Assembly: GCA_002269645.1 (NCBI GenBank)
Contig: NIVC01001513.1
Span: 1-64,000 of the forward strand
DNA from: Macrostomum lignano
Lineage: Eukaryota
Direction of reading: 5' to 3'
Length of the DNA: 64,000 nucleotides
Shown here: piece after piece, positions 11,619-56,158 of the stretch
Numbering within the stretch: position 1 is the stretch's first letter
Layout of the letters: every line of letters begins with the position of its first letter
The notes under the pieces: model-generated
What the model saw: only the letters and a program-made list of their open reading frames with translations
Databases searched by the model: none
What the model was told of the DNA's origin: nothing
Made by a program: the position numbers and the translations under genes

Positions 11619-12329
11619 TACAGGTAAGGCAGTGACTGTTGCTTTGTCTGTCAATAATCTATTAGTTTATACGTTTTTTGTAGTTGTGCACATAGCATCC
11701 ATGTTTAGCTCACAGGTCTAAAAGTCAACCAGGCAGATTTCCATATTGTCCATATTGTCAGCCGATCGGCTTATTAATAACCTGTGGATTTTTATTGAAT
11801 TGCATCATACATTTCAGTGTTATTGTATTTTCTGTACAGCACCTTCTACAGATTAATAAATGTGTAAACCTAGCATTCTTGTCCGAGAATAAAATTTAAT
11901 GTTTTTGTTCTTTTAAAATTAAATTTCTTTTTCTGTTGTGCCCTACAAGCAAATTTGTTTGCACTGTTGATATTAATATTCTATTTGCACGCTGACAAAT
12001 ATTCATCTTCTAGTCAATTTTTTGGCCCTTTTGCTTAACTTTTATGTAAAATTTAGAAACAAATAAACTAGTTTAAATACATTGAATGTAACTTAAAAGA
12101 TTCACACAATTTTTGTGTTGTATTTGTTATAAGCATTACAGTTTGCATTTAAAATACTCTCGGCTTTTTAATCTGTGATAGAGAAACAAAAATATATATT
12201 AAGTACTAGTAATGTTCGTGAAGTCAGTACAGTTTTACGCAGGAGTGACAAAACAGCAGTTGAGGAAAGTTAAGTAACTTAAATAGCTACGCTCGTTTAT
12301 TATGAATCCAGTAGGTTAGAGCTTCCGAT

Positions 12330-13256
12330 CCCACTCATCCCAATGTACACGCTTGCCCCAGACCAACCCCTCTCATCCCAATGTACACGCTTGCCCCAGA
12401 CCAACCCCTCTCATCCCAATGTACACGCTTGCCCCAGACCAACCCCTCTCATCCCAATGTACACGCTTGCCCCAGACCAACCCCTCTCATCCCAATGTAC
12501 ACGCTTGCCCCAGACCAACCCCTCTCATCCCAATGTACACGATTGCCTCAGACCAACCCCTCTCATCCCAATGTACACGCTTGCCCCAGACCAACCCCTC
12601 TCATCCCAATGTACACGATTGCCTCAGACCAACCCTTCTCACCCTAATTTTGTACACGTTTCCCCCAGACCAACCCCTCTCACACCAATGTACACGATTG
12701 CCTCAGACCAACCCTTCTCACCCCAATTTTGTATACGCTTGCCCCAGACCAACCCCTCTCATCCCAATGTACACGATTGCCTCAGACCAACCCTTTTCAC
12801 CCCTATTTTGTACGCGCTTGCCCCAGACCAACCCCTCTCACACCAATGTACACGCTTGCCCCAGACCAACCCTTCCCACCCCAATGTACACGATTGCCTC
12901 AGACCAACCCCTCTCATCCCAATGTACACGCTTGCCCCAGACCAACCCCTCTCATCCCAATGTACACGATTGCCTCAGACCAACCCTTCTCACCCTAATT
13001 TTGTACACGCTTGCCCCAGACCAACCCCTCTCACACCAATGTACACGATTGCCTCAGACCAACCCTTCTGACCCCAATTTTGTATACGCTTGCCCCAGAC
13101 CAACCCCTCTCATCCCAATGTACACGATTGCCTCAGACCAACCCTTTTCACCCCTATTTTGTACGCGCTTGCCCCAGACCAACCCCTCTCACACCAATGT
13201 ACACGCTTGCCCCAGACCAACCCTTCCCACCCCAATGTACACGCTTGCCCAAGACC
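12330..13256. repeat. 38-bp TGTACA-core minisatellite
   Basis: Unit CCCCAGACCAACCCCTCTCATCCCAATGTACACGCTTG, about 24 copies. Confidence 0.93.
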
Positions 13257-13917
13257 ACTTAGCTTGAAATTCGATCTCCAATAGACTGAGAAAACATTAG
13301 GTTAAGGTCTTGAACAGAAGAATAGGCTCTTGCTATATAGGATAGTTAATTAGCTACTTACTAATTATTGAGAAGAATAAGAAAACACGCAATTAAAGAA
13401 GATACTTGTTACTGTTTTTTACGTACAGTATACATGCTATTATGTGTTGAACGCCAGTGCCGATTAGGTTAGGGCAGAATTAATTTGGGTTTACGTGAAC
13501 GATGACCATAGTTCTAATGGCAATAAAATAAAATTTAGATACTGATCCGTATGCTTAGAGGTCAGTGGGAGATAGAAGACATTATTATTAATCAGAGCAG
13601 CAAGTTTCTTGGTTAAGCATCTCAATTCAAAACAGAACAAAACGAAAGGATTCAACTATCAATAATAACTTTTTTAATATGCTTAAACTAGCTTACTAAA
13701 AGTAGGCTTGCGCGGCATTTTAAAATCTTTATCTTGTCAGTGTAAAAACAAAAAATAAACAGAGGCGAAAAGTACATTCGCAGAAACCAACTGATGTGCA
13801 ACTAGTACGGGCTAACTGAACTTTGAAGACCATTATCGTGTTGATGGGAAGTGGGCGGGGTTTCACTATGAATGCGCTGTACAAGACAAACAATGGATGA
13901 TGCGAATTGTTTTGGCT

Positions 13918-44277
<30,360 letters not shown>

Positions 44278-44339
44278 TGATGGGAGCGGCCGGGTCAGTA
44301 GGGTGGCAACTGCCGACGGATGGGTGAGGTGTGAGGTCT

Positions 44340-44995
44340 GAGAGTGTGGGATTTGAGAGTGTGGTATTTGAGAGTGTGGGATTTGAGAGTGTGGGATTTG
44401 AGAGTGTGGGATTTGAGAGTGTGGGATTTGAGAGTGTGGGATTTGAGAGTGTGGGATTTGAGAGTGTGGGATTTGAGAGTGTGGGATTTGAGAGTGTGGG
44501 ATTTGAGAGTGTGGGATTTGAGAGTGTGGGATTTGAGAGTGTGGGATTTGAGAGTGTGGGATTTGAGAGTGTGGGATTTGAGAGTGTGGGATTTGAGAGT
44601 GTGGGATTTGAGAGTGTGGGATTTGAGAGTGTGGGATTTGAGGGTGTGGGATTTGAGAGTGTGGGATTTGAGAGTGTGGGATTTGAGAGTGTGGGATTTG
44701 AGAGTGTGGGATTTGAGAGTGTGGGATTTGAGAGTGTGGGATTTGAGAGTGTGGGATTTGAGAGTGTGGGATTTGAGAGTGTGGGATTTGAGAGTGTGGG
44801 ATTTGAGAGTGTGGGATTTGAGAGTGTGGGATTTGAGAGTGTGGGATTTGAGAGTGTGGGATTTGAGAGTGTCGGATTCGAGAGTGAGGGATTTGAGAGT
44901 GTCGGATTCGAGAGTGAGGGATTTGAGAGTGTGGAATTTGAGAGTTTGGGATTTGAGAGTGTGGGATTTGAGAATGTGGGATTTGAGTGTGGGAT
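44340..44995. repeat. 15-bp minisatellite (TTTGAGAGTGTGGGA)n
   Basis: About 43 copies just upstream of the acceptor (near 44311) of the sif start-codon exon. Confidence 0.96.
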
Positions 44996-45479
44996 TTATA
45001 AACATGAAAATTAAATTCTCTTGAATATAAGTGGACGAAAATCTCAGTTCGCTTGCTATGGTTTAAGAATGTTTTGTTAAATCTTGGCTTCCTGCAGCGG
45101 GCTCTGCGTGCACTTTTTAAAAGACAGTCCTTCGCCACTCAAGCATTTTGCAGTTTCCGACCGTCCTCTCTCTTTCTCTCCTCATGTTAGGCGATGAATG
45201 CCACTCTGAATGGGAACTTTTGCCGCCAGTTCTCCCTATCGTTTGTCGTTCCGCTCTCCTATGCAGCTGATCTCTCCCTTCCCGCCCTCCCGCTTCAGAG
45301 ATCGATACACTTTTTTGCCTTGTGGGCGGGCCGCCGCGGTGCCTGCTGGCTGATATGGCAGTTTTTTCTGTGTCAGTCAGCCAAGCACGTTTTTTTTCAA
45401 ACTGTTGCATGGATTTTGGCTGGCCAATTCGACACAGCAATCGTTTCTTGATTTTATACCGAAGTTTATTCCAGGCGGC

Positions 45480-46730
<1,251 letters not shown>

Positions 46731-47154
46731 AGACAGCAGTTGATGCAGTGTGCGTGAGCGAGATGGGAGCCTACAGTAGGGGTCAAGCTCTGCAGGAGGA
46801 GCAGGCAGCGAAGAAGTTTCGGATGGAGGCGCCGAGCAAGCGAGGACGAATCTGGGCGCAGGGGAACGGGGCTAATCAATATTAATTTAGCCTGATAGAC
46901 TGAGGAAACGAAATGAGTGAGGCCGAGGAGCCGGGAGCGGGGTTGCGAGACTGGCTGCTGATCAACGCTCCCCGAACAACTCCAAATTTTCCCACCGCTG
47001 AGGCGGCGGGCAACCAACAAGTATTTCTCTGTCTGGCAGCGGTGGGAAAGATTCTGGAAGCTGAGTGCTTGATAAGAGGAACACGAAAAAATCAAAGCCG
47101 AGAAATGAAGGCGGCTTCTACTGATGTGGAATTTCAATGTTTTTGGGGATCTTC

Positions 47155-47930
47155 AGGGTATGGGATTTTCAGGGTGTGGGATTTGCAGGTATGGGATTCG
47201 CAGGGCATGGGATTCGCAGGGTATGTGATTCGCAGGGCATGGGATTCGCAGGGTATGAGATTCTCAGGTATGGGATTCGCAGGGCATGGGATTCGCAGGG
47301 TATGGGATTCGCAGGGCATGGGATTCGCAGGGTATGGGATTCGCAGGGCATGGGATTCGCAGGGTATGGGATTCTCAGGGATGGGATTCGCAGGGTATGT
47401 GATTCGCAGGGTATGTGATTCGCAGGGTATGTGATTCGCAGGGTATGGGATTCGCAGGGTATGGGATTCGCAGGGTATGGGATTCTCAGGTATGGGATTC
47501 TCAGGTATGGGATTCTCAGGTATGGGATTCGTAGGGTATGGGATTCGCAGGGTATGGGATTCTCAGGTATGTGATTCGCAGGGTATAGGATTCGCAGGGT
47601 ATGAGATTCTCAGGTATGGGATTCGCAGGGTATGGGATTCGCAGGGTATGAGATTCTCAGGTATGGGATTTGCAGGGTATGTGATTCGCAGGGTATGGGA
47701 TTCTCAGGTATGGGATTCAGGGTATGGGATTCGCAGGGTATGGGATTCGCAGGGTATGGGATTTGCAGGGTATGGGATTCGCAGGGTATGAGATTCTCAG
47801 GTATGGGATTCTCAGGTATGGGATTCGCAGGGTATGGGATTCGCAGGGTATGGGATTCTCAGGTATGGGATTTGCAGGGTATGGGATTCGCAGGGTATGG
47901 GATTCTCAGGTATGGGATTCGCAGGGTGTG
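47155..47930. repeat. 16-bp minisatellite (GGGTATGGGATTCGCA)n
   Basis: Direct reading. Confidence 0.93.
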
Positions 47931-48589
47931 AGATTAAGTCGCGCATTCTAGAACGTTGAGTCGTTTACAGGAAATCTCCGGCCACTTGGTGGATTAGAAC
48001 ATCTACGGCAGAGCAGGTCCATTCAAAGCGAGCTTCACGGATGCCGCTATTTCTCCTTACCGATTAATCGCTCCTTCTGTCTCAAAACACGCCGGATTTG
48101 AGCCGAGAATGACAGAGCGGGAGAGAAATGGAAGAGCGGAGACGGGATAAAAATAAGGAAAGAGCTCAGGATTAAGTTGGTCGCGAAGAAGTTCTGAGAC
48201 ATCAGACTCACTCGGCCCATAATTTTTAGGGTGGAGCGAAGAGTAAGGCCGGGATGGAGGGTCTGTAGCGCCTGAGGATTAAAAGTTAAAAGCACGATAG
48301 GCGTATTGCGGCATTGGGAATTTCTCAGCTGGAGACGAGATCCAACTCTGCTTCCCATTTTTGCAGAAGTCTTCCTGTAACTTCACTAGCTGGGCTGTTT
48401 GGCCGAGCCCGGGGAGAGGGAGGGAGCGGATCGATACGAGGGGCGATGGGGAACGACAAAGTGCTTATCTCCCAGGCAGCAACGGTGGTGGCGGGATGCG
48501 GGCCTGAGAGCTCAGTGATCCACACATTTTTGCGGTCCCCAACTGCTGTTCGACTGCTGCGGACTGAAACTGGAACTTTTTGGCTACTC

Positions 48590-49950
48590 TCCTCCCCTCT
48601 CTCCTTTCACTCTTCACCTCTCTCCTCTGGTTTCTCGCCTCTTTCATATCTCCTCTCTCCTCTCTCCTCTCACCTCTCTCCTCTTTCCTCTCTCCTCTCT
48701 CCTCTCTCCTCTTTCCTCTCTCCTCTCTCCTCTGTCCTCTCTCCTCTCTCCTCTCTCCTCTCTCCTGTCTCCTGTCTCCTCTCTCCTCTTTCCTCTCTCC
48801 TCTCTCCTCTTTCCTCTCTCCTCTCTCCTCTCTCCTCTCTCCTCTCTCCTCTCTCCTCTCTCCTGTCTCCTGTCTCCTCTTTCCTCTCTCCTCTCTCCTC
48901 TCTCCTCTCTCCTCTCTCCTCTCTCCTGTCTCATCTTTCCTCTCTCCTCTCTCCTCTCTCCTCTCTCCTCTCTCCTCTCTCATGTCTCCTCTCTTTTCTC
49001 TCCTCTCTCCTCTCCTCTCTTTTCTCTCCTCTCTCCTCTCCTCTCTCCTCTCTCCTCTCTCCTCTCTCCTCTCTCCTCTCTCCTCTGTTCTTTCTCTCTT
49101 AATTTCTGTCTCAATCACCTTTTATCTCCCATCTCACCTTTCCGTTCGTTCCTCTCCCGTCTCTCATCTCTCCACTTTCCTCTATCATTTCTGCTCTCAC
49201 ACTAATTTTCTCTCTTATTCCTCTCAATCACTGACGCCGGCATCTTTTCCTGACTCATCATTTAAACGTCTATTAAATATTTTAACTCGCAGCCCCAATG
49301 CCTTTGCCGCATTTTTGTGGCTCGACCGTTGCTGTCTGCGTAGGAACAGGTGTAACCTGCCATTACTTTTTACAGCCAGCTTTCTGCTTTTATCTTGGTG
49401 AATCCCGACTTCTTTACATCCTAGAACTTACTTTGTGCAATAAACATTTCCCGTGTGCTGAAACAACAGCCTTCCTTTGGGTGCGTACACAGTGAAGATG
49501 GGAAAACTGAAGTCAGTCTCTCCCTCTCCCACTCTCCCTCACTCTCCCACACTCTCCCCCACTCTCTACCACTCTCGCCCACTCTCCCCCCTCTCTCCCA
49601 CTCTCCCCCACTATCCACCACTCTCCCCCCTCTCTCCCACTCTCCCCCACTATCCACCACTCTCCCCACTCTCTCCCACTCTCCTCCACTCTCTCCCACT
49701 CTCCCCACTCTCCCCACTCTCCCCCACTCTCTCTCACTGTCCCCCACTCTCCCCCACTCTCTCCCACTCTCCCCCACTATCCACCACTCTCCCCACTCTC
49801 TCCCACTCTCCTCCACTCTCTCCCACTCTCCCCCACTCTCCCCACTCTCCCCCACTCTCTCTCACTGTCCCCCACTCTCCCCCACTCTCTCCCACTCTCC
49901 CCCACTATCCACCACTCTCCCCACTCTCTCCCACTCTCCCCAATTACTCC
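48590..49950. repeat. Two CT-rich simple-repeat tracts (48590-49090, 49520-49950)
   Basis: Direct reading. Confidence 0.88.
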
Positions 49951-50235
49951 CACTCTCTCCGAATCTCTACTCTTTTGCTTATCGAAGGGGGCCAAATCAC
50001 ACCAGATTTTCCGGCAAAAAATGTATCATTTGGGATCCCTTGCAAGCAGCGAAATTTCCCGTATTGCCAACAATTTGTTTTTTGTGATGCTGGCCCGAGC
50101 AGCTAGTTTTGGATGGGGGTCAAATTCCAATAAATAAATATTTGAGGCTCGTTAGTAGCAGGTGTTTCCTGTCTCTGCTTTGAAAACTCGGGTCTAAACA
50201 GGGAGCTCTGAGAGTTAACTTGCAAAACCAAAAGA

Positions 50236-50552
50236 CTGACTGACTGACTGACTGACTGACTGACTGACTGACTGACTGACTGACTGACTGACTGACTGAC
50301 TGACTGACTGACTGACTGACTGACTGACTGACTGACTGACTGACTGACTGACTGACTGACTGACTGACTGACTGACTGACTGACTGACTGACTGACTGAC
50401 TGACTGACTGACTGACTGACTGACTGACTGACTGACTGACTGACTGACTGACTGACTGACTGACTGACTGACTGACTGACTGACTGACTGACTGACTGAC
50501 TGACTGACTGACTGACTGACTGACTGAGTGACTTACTTACTTACTTACTTAC
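50236..50552. repeat. (GACT)n grading into (ACTT)n
   Basis: About 73 perfect GACT units followed by about 5 TTAC units. Confidence 0.96.
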
Positions 50553-51404
50553 CGCTTCGTCAGCAGACGTGCCCAGTCCCTCACTCCGGTAGCTGATTGA
50601 AAAGTCGAGTTTGAGATTCAGTTGGCCAGCCGCGAGATTTAGTGTGCAGCCGTCATCTTTGTATAGCGGATTCGGGGAATTTCTTTAAAGCCTGCCTGCC
50701 CTGCCCGCCACTGTGACTGGTCTGTTTTCCCTCGACTGCAGTTGCTGGGGGCTGGAGTTATCGAGGAGGCGGCTGTGGTTGGGGGGGGGGGGAAGCGGAG
50801 AGAGGAGGTCACGGAGTAGGCAGAAGGGGTGCCCGGGCAGTATAAGAAATGGAGGGAGACAGAAAATCGACATGAAGGCTTCGCCGTCGCCAATTGGCTG
50901 GACAAAAATCGCCAGAAATGAAACAGGGGGGGGGGGGAGGCCAGTGCGCACGTGGGGGAGTGAGGATCTGGAAGAAGAGGCAAGAGCCTTACTGCCCGCC
51001 CGGCCGCTCTCCCCCGCCGACACGCAGCAAACAGCTGTGCCAGACTTTTGCTACCATATGATTCTTAATAGGCCCTATAATTTGTATTCTTTCCTTCCAG
51101 ACTAATACAATTATTGAGCTATGCAGATATCAGTACTTTAATTATAAGTTTAAAGTACATCGTATAAAGCTAGAGGGATGGTACATAAAAGTTTGAGATA
51201 AAGGTGAGAGAGAAGTTAATTAAGAGAGAGAGGGGAAGAGAGGATGAGAGAGGGTGTGAGAGGGTGAGAGAGGATGAGAGAGGGTGAGAGAGGGTAAGAG
51301 AGGGTGAGAGAGGGTGAGAGAGGGTGAGAGAGGGTGAGAGAGGGTGAGAGAGGGTGAGAGAGGGTGAGAGAGGGTGAGAGATGGAGAGAGAGAGAGAGAG
51401 AGAG

Positions 51405-51439
<35 letters not shown>

Positions 51440-51443
<4 letters not shown>

Positions 51444-52390
51444 GGCGCCTCCAATCTCGGGCACTGACACGGTAGAAAGTCAGAAAGGACTGAAAAAAGT
51501 CAATTTAAATTGAGTAGCCGATATTTCGAAATTAAATTTCTTCGTCAGGGCTGTAAGCGAGTGAAGTTTATTTGGCGCGAATTGCCATCAATATATAAAG
51601 GCGATATCGCCAGGGAGAGACGATCGATAAATTGATGTGCTCAAGCACTTAAAACAGTACGCATGGTCAGTACATAAAAACGAGTCCGAGACTATGAGAA
51701 AAGCGGGGGGTGGCTAAAACTGTACAATTGGGCCAAGACGACCTTTGAGTGTAGAATAAAAATTGTAAAAATAAATGGCAAAATAAATAGACAAGGTAAA
51801 TAAAAATTATTATTAAATGCTCAGAGCAAAAAATGCAGGTGCACCGTACACAGTGTCAGAAAAATGAATAAAAAGCAGAGAATAAATAATCTGAATAAAT
51901 CAAAATAAAGTCAATGAAAAAATCACAGAGGGGAAAAATAGCAGTAAAAGAGCCTCTGTACAGGCGTCAAAAGGGGCCTAGTTGGCAGGATCGAGCCGAC
52001 TATGAGAGAGCAGAGTCCGGAGGCTTCTCCCCTTGGTGTAGGCGGGCAGCACCGGGGTCTCGCAGTGGCGTATCACCCTGTCCTTCACTTTGGCAGCCAG
52101 GGCGTCGGAGGTCGCACAGTGGGGCAGGATCAGCGGGATGGCCGGTTTGTGCAGTATGCCGGCAAGTTCGTTGGCGCCGTGTGGAACATGAGTCCTCAGG
52201 ACCTCGATAAACTTGGCCTCCTGGCGCTGACGCCGCTCGTCAGCTCTGGGTCCTGTGCCATCGCGTGTCCAGATGCCGGTGAAGGCGAAGTCCGTCAGAC
52301 TGTGGCCACCGCTGGTGAAGTGGCGCGCTACCGGAGTGTCACGGGTGTGCCGGATGTCACCGATGTGCGCCAGCATGCGACCACGGATGA
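51440..52390 (-). mobile_element. 5'-truncated Penelope-like element (GIY-YIG C-terminal half, 3' UTR/pLTR with hammerhead)
   Basis: Minus frame 52388-51978: IRGRMLAHIGDIRHTRDTPVARHFTSGGH...RRQRQEAKFIEVLRTHVPHGAN, matching the PLE GIY-YIG C-terminal motifs (R..H...I....PVARHF...H; R...E..I..L.T..P.G.N). Hammerhead core about 430 bp downstream of the stop. Confidence 0.85.
51516..51552 (-). ncRNA. Minimal type I hammerhead ribozyme motif
   Basis: Minus strand AGCC-CTGACGA-A-GAAAT(TTA)ATTTC-GAAA-TA-TC-GGCT: stem I AGCC/GGCT, CUGANGA and GAAA cores, stem II, palindromic ATAT stem III, AUC cleavage triplet (cut after 51520). Confidence 0.8.
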
Positions 52391-53015
52391 GAGAGGGTGA
52401 GAGAGGGTAAGAGAGGGTGAGAGAGGGTGAGAGAGGGTGAGAGAGGGTGAGAGAGGGTGAGAGAGGGTGAGAGAGGGTGAGAGAGGGTGAGAGAGGGTAA
52501 GAGAGGGTGAGAGAGGGTGAGAGAGGGTGAGAGAGGGTGAGAGAGGGTGAGAGAGGGTGAGAGAGGGTGAGAGAGGGTGAGAGAGGGTGAGAGAGGGTGA
52601 GAGAGGGTGAGAGAGGGTGAGAGAGGGTGAGAGAGGGTGAGAGAGGGTAAGAGAGGGTTAGAGAGGGTTAGAGAGGGTGAGAGAGGGGGAGAGAGGGTGA
52701 GAGAGGGTGAGAGAGGGTGAGAGAGGGTGAGAGAGGGTGAGAGAGGGTGAAAGAGGGTGAGAGAGGGTGAGAGAGGGTAAGAGAGGGTGAGAGAGGGTGA
52801 GAGAGGGTAAGAGAGGGTGAGAGAGGGTGAGAGAGGGTAAGAGAGGGTGAGAGAGGGTGAGAGAGGGTGAGAGAGGGTGAGAGAGGGTGAGAGAGGGTGA
52901 AAGAGGGTGAAAGAGGGTGAGAGAGGGTGAGAGAGGGTGAAAGAGGGTGAGAGAGGGTGAAAGAGGGTGAAAGAGGGTGAAAGAGGGTGAGAGAGGTTGA
53001 GAGAGGGTGAGTGAT
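52388..53015. repeat. (GAGAGGGTGA)n 10-bp array; second tract at 51235-51385
   Basis: Direct reading; the two tracts flank the PLE fragment. Confidence 0.95.
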
Positions 53016-53019
53016 GAGT

Positions 53020-53544
53020 GAGGGTAAGAAGCCCAGCTCCATCAGCACCTCTTATTTGATACGTGCGCAGGAAACGTCCGCTGTAGCCCTGGTGTCGCAC
53101 CAGATTTTCTGGTGCAAGCTTCATCGAAGTCAGCCATCCGAGAGCGACGTCAAGGCGTATCTGAGAAGCTGGGACTTCACCACCCCCTCGGAAAGTAGAC
53201 TTGGGATGGAATGAGCTGCGATTGATGAGGGCTCGGACTGTCGGTGGGCTTGAAGAAAGTTATAAGTGGCACAGCAGAGAAAAATGTCCTTGGGGCGGCC
53301 GTAGCCCCAGCACCCACAGTTCACGGCATTCCCGAAGTCCATTCCCAGGTCAGGTGACTCCCAGTCTACGGCGCGGTGGAATGCAAAACTGGGCCGCACA
53401 TTCGATGCCCTCGGTTGTCTCCCCCCGCAAAATCAAGTTTTCCCAAACCGCATCGGTTTTCACCGGGATCTCCTGTAGCAGGGAACTGGCAGTCCATTGA
53501 TCAGCCAGTGCCAGCGCTAGCCAAACTGCTGTGTGCCGGATGTA
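53020..53544 (-). pseudogene. Degraded gene for a small secreted protein (signal-like segment, PAN-like Cys module, possible discoidin-like segment)
   Basis: One frame: YIRHTAVWLALALAD...TEGIECAAQFC...LGVT*PGNGLRECREL...CHL*LSSS...IRLDVALGW...VRHQGYSGRFLRTYQIRGADG. In-frame stops at 53352 (TGA) and 53262 (TAA); no ATG; runs into the microsatellite. Confidence 0.35.
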
Positions 53545-53671
53545 CTAATACAGGGTGCGCTGACTGACTGGTTGGCTGGATAAAAGATGCGATTTTTTGG
53601 GGAGATCCCGATGTAAAATTGACTTCTGCCAGCTGTTCTGAGGGGGAGAAATGTTGGTGAGGCTGGTTAAG

Positions 53672-54635
53672 CCGGTGGCGCCAAGGGAGACTGAATGGCG
53701 CCAAGGGAGACTGTATGGCGCCAAGGGAGACTGTATGGCGCCAAGGGAGACTGTATGGCGCAAAGGGAGACTGTATGGCGCCAAGGGAGGCCATGTGGCG
53801 CCAAGGGAGACTGTATGGCGCCAAGGGAGACTGTATGGCGCCAAGGGAGACTGTATGGCGCCAAGGGAGACTGTATGGCGCAAAGGGAGACTGTATGGCG
53901 CCAAGGGAGACTGTATGGCGCAAAGGGAGACTGTATGGCGCCAAGGGAGGCTAAGAGTGGGTTCAAGATACCTATGACTTACCTGAGTGCAAGTCACTCT
54001 GGAGAATATCGCTGGGCAGCGACAGAACTGAGCGTTAATTGACTGCAGAGTTGATTTAGCGGCCGCGAAGAACCCGAAAAATATTCCCGGAAATTGAAAC
54101 TAAATGAACTTTTCCCTGGCTGGAGTAAGGGACTTCTTTGACTTAAAACAATCGAGGTTTACTTCCGCACGAGCTATCGGGTTCCAGATTCGTGTTTCGT
54201 AATGGAATTTTTAGACGCCCCTGATCACTGTCTTGGTGCAGTTGGAATAGCCTTATTGGCATTGGCTGAGGCGACTAAAAGCTTAAGTTCAGGGAAATGG
54301 CAGGCGAGCTTTTGCATTTTGGCGTTCCAAAGTTTGCATTTCCTCGGGGGTTTGCAAGCAAAATAGGGATTTCTAGATTCTGCTCAATCACTGCGCTGAC
54401 CAGACCACTCAGTTCAGGGGGTCTGAAAAGTTTCTTCTAGAAATTATAAAAATAGAGTGACTGAAAGGCTGCTCAAATGCAGCTAACTGGTCCGCAGTCT
54501 TCTCGGGTATGGCGCCATACAGTCTCCCTTGGCGCCATACAGTCTCCCTTGGCGCCATACAGCCTCCTTTGGCGCCATACAGTCTCCCTTGGCGCCACCC
54601 GGTCCCCCTTGGCGCCACCCGTCTCCCTTGGCACC
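53672..54635. mobile_element. Foldback-like non-autonomous element: inverted arrays of a 20-bp unit around a ~560-bp non-coding core
   Basis: Left arm 53672-53952 (GGCGCCAAGGGAGACTGTAT)n; right arm 54509-54635 is its reverse complement. Confidence 0.6.
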
Positions 54636-54659
54636 AAACAGACTAGATATCTACAGTCC

Positions 54660-55132
<473 letters not shown>

Positions 55133-56144
55133 CAAAACGTACATAAGTGTTCTCAGAATTGATCTGAGAGTGGGACAGCGGAGCCAAATCACTTGAATCG
55201 GGTGAACGAGTGGCTGCGTGTGTGCCGTGGCCGCGCATGCGCCTGCTTGAAATGTGATTGAAAGCCAGCCAAAGCCAAGTCTCTCTCTCTCTCCTCGGCT
55301 CCAACTGTCGGCCGGTCATTAGAATCGATTTAGCAAGAGTAGAGGAGGGCATGGCGAGGTTTGAGTTCTCAAATCCTCAGTTGGGGGGGGGCGCGTCTCA
55401 AGGATCTGGGGAATTCTCTCGCCAGGCCTTCCAAGTGCAGTGGGTTTGGAAACGAGGAAGGTAAAGGTGCAATCGCACTAGGAACTAAATATTCACCTCT
55501 GCAGTGATAATGATCACCAATAGTATTAAACAGCTGGCGATTGGAAAGCCAGGGCTCCTGTACACCATGCGTTGCGGTCAAAGGCAACGGCCTTCTTATT
55601 TACCTCCTCGCTAGTCAAGGACTCGTCTTATTACAAGTAAAATTTAGATCACAAAAAAGATATAACAGCTTTTATTCTGTTAGTAGTACTGTTAGTAGGC
55701 TAGTAGCGATTCTATGATATTTTTATTTACCTATTCTTAAAAAATAATGAATCAGCATGTACTATTGCAAAGTTGCGCGCACTAATTCAAAAAGTACAAA
55801 GCAATCAGTAATGCAAGTCAATTTAGTATTGACGTACCACAGGCAGAGACTCAAGCTTAAACATTTGGCTGACGGCAGCTGCAGCTCATTATTATGCATG
55901 AAATGTTACAAGAACAGTCAGCATCCAGGCTTGCATTGCCTGCATACTTTGTTGCAGGCGTGCCACAGGAAAGCAAAGAAGGAGACCTGTTTAATTTAGA
56001 AGAATTCTGGCTTGCTTGGCTTAAACTCAAACTCAAACTCAGTACAGCTGTTAAGCACCCGCAAACGATGCAATAAATTACCGCCTCAGGTGGACTTAAG
56101 CGGGGGAGCGCTCTCTTTTTCTCTATTTCAGTTTGTTTCTCGAA

Positions 56145-56158
56145 GTTTCCATGGAAAC
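56145..56158. promoter_or_regulatory. Perfect palindromic RFX X-box upstream of PAN-GRD gene copy 1
   Basis: GTTTCCATGGAAAC, 154 nt before the ATG; conserved in copy 3. Confidence 0.55.
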
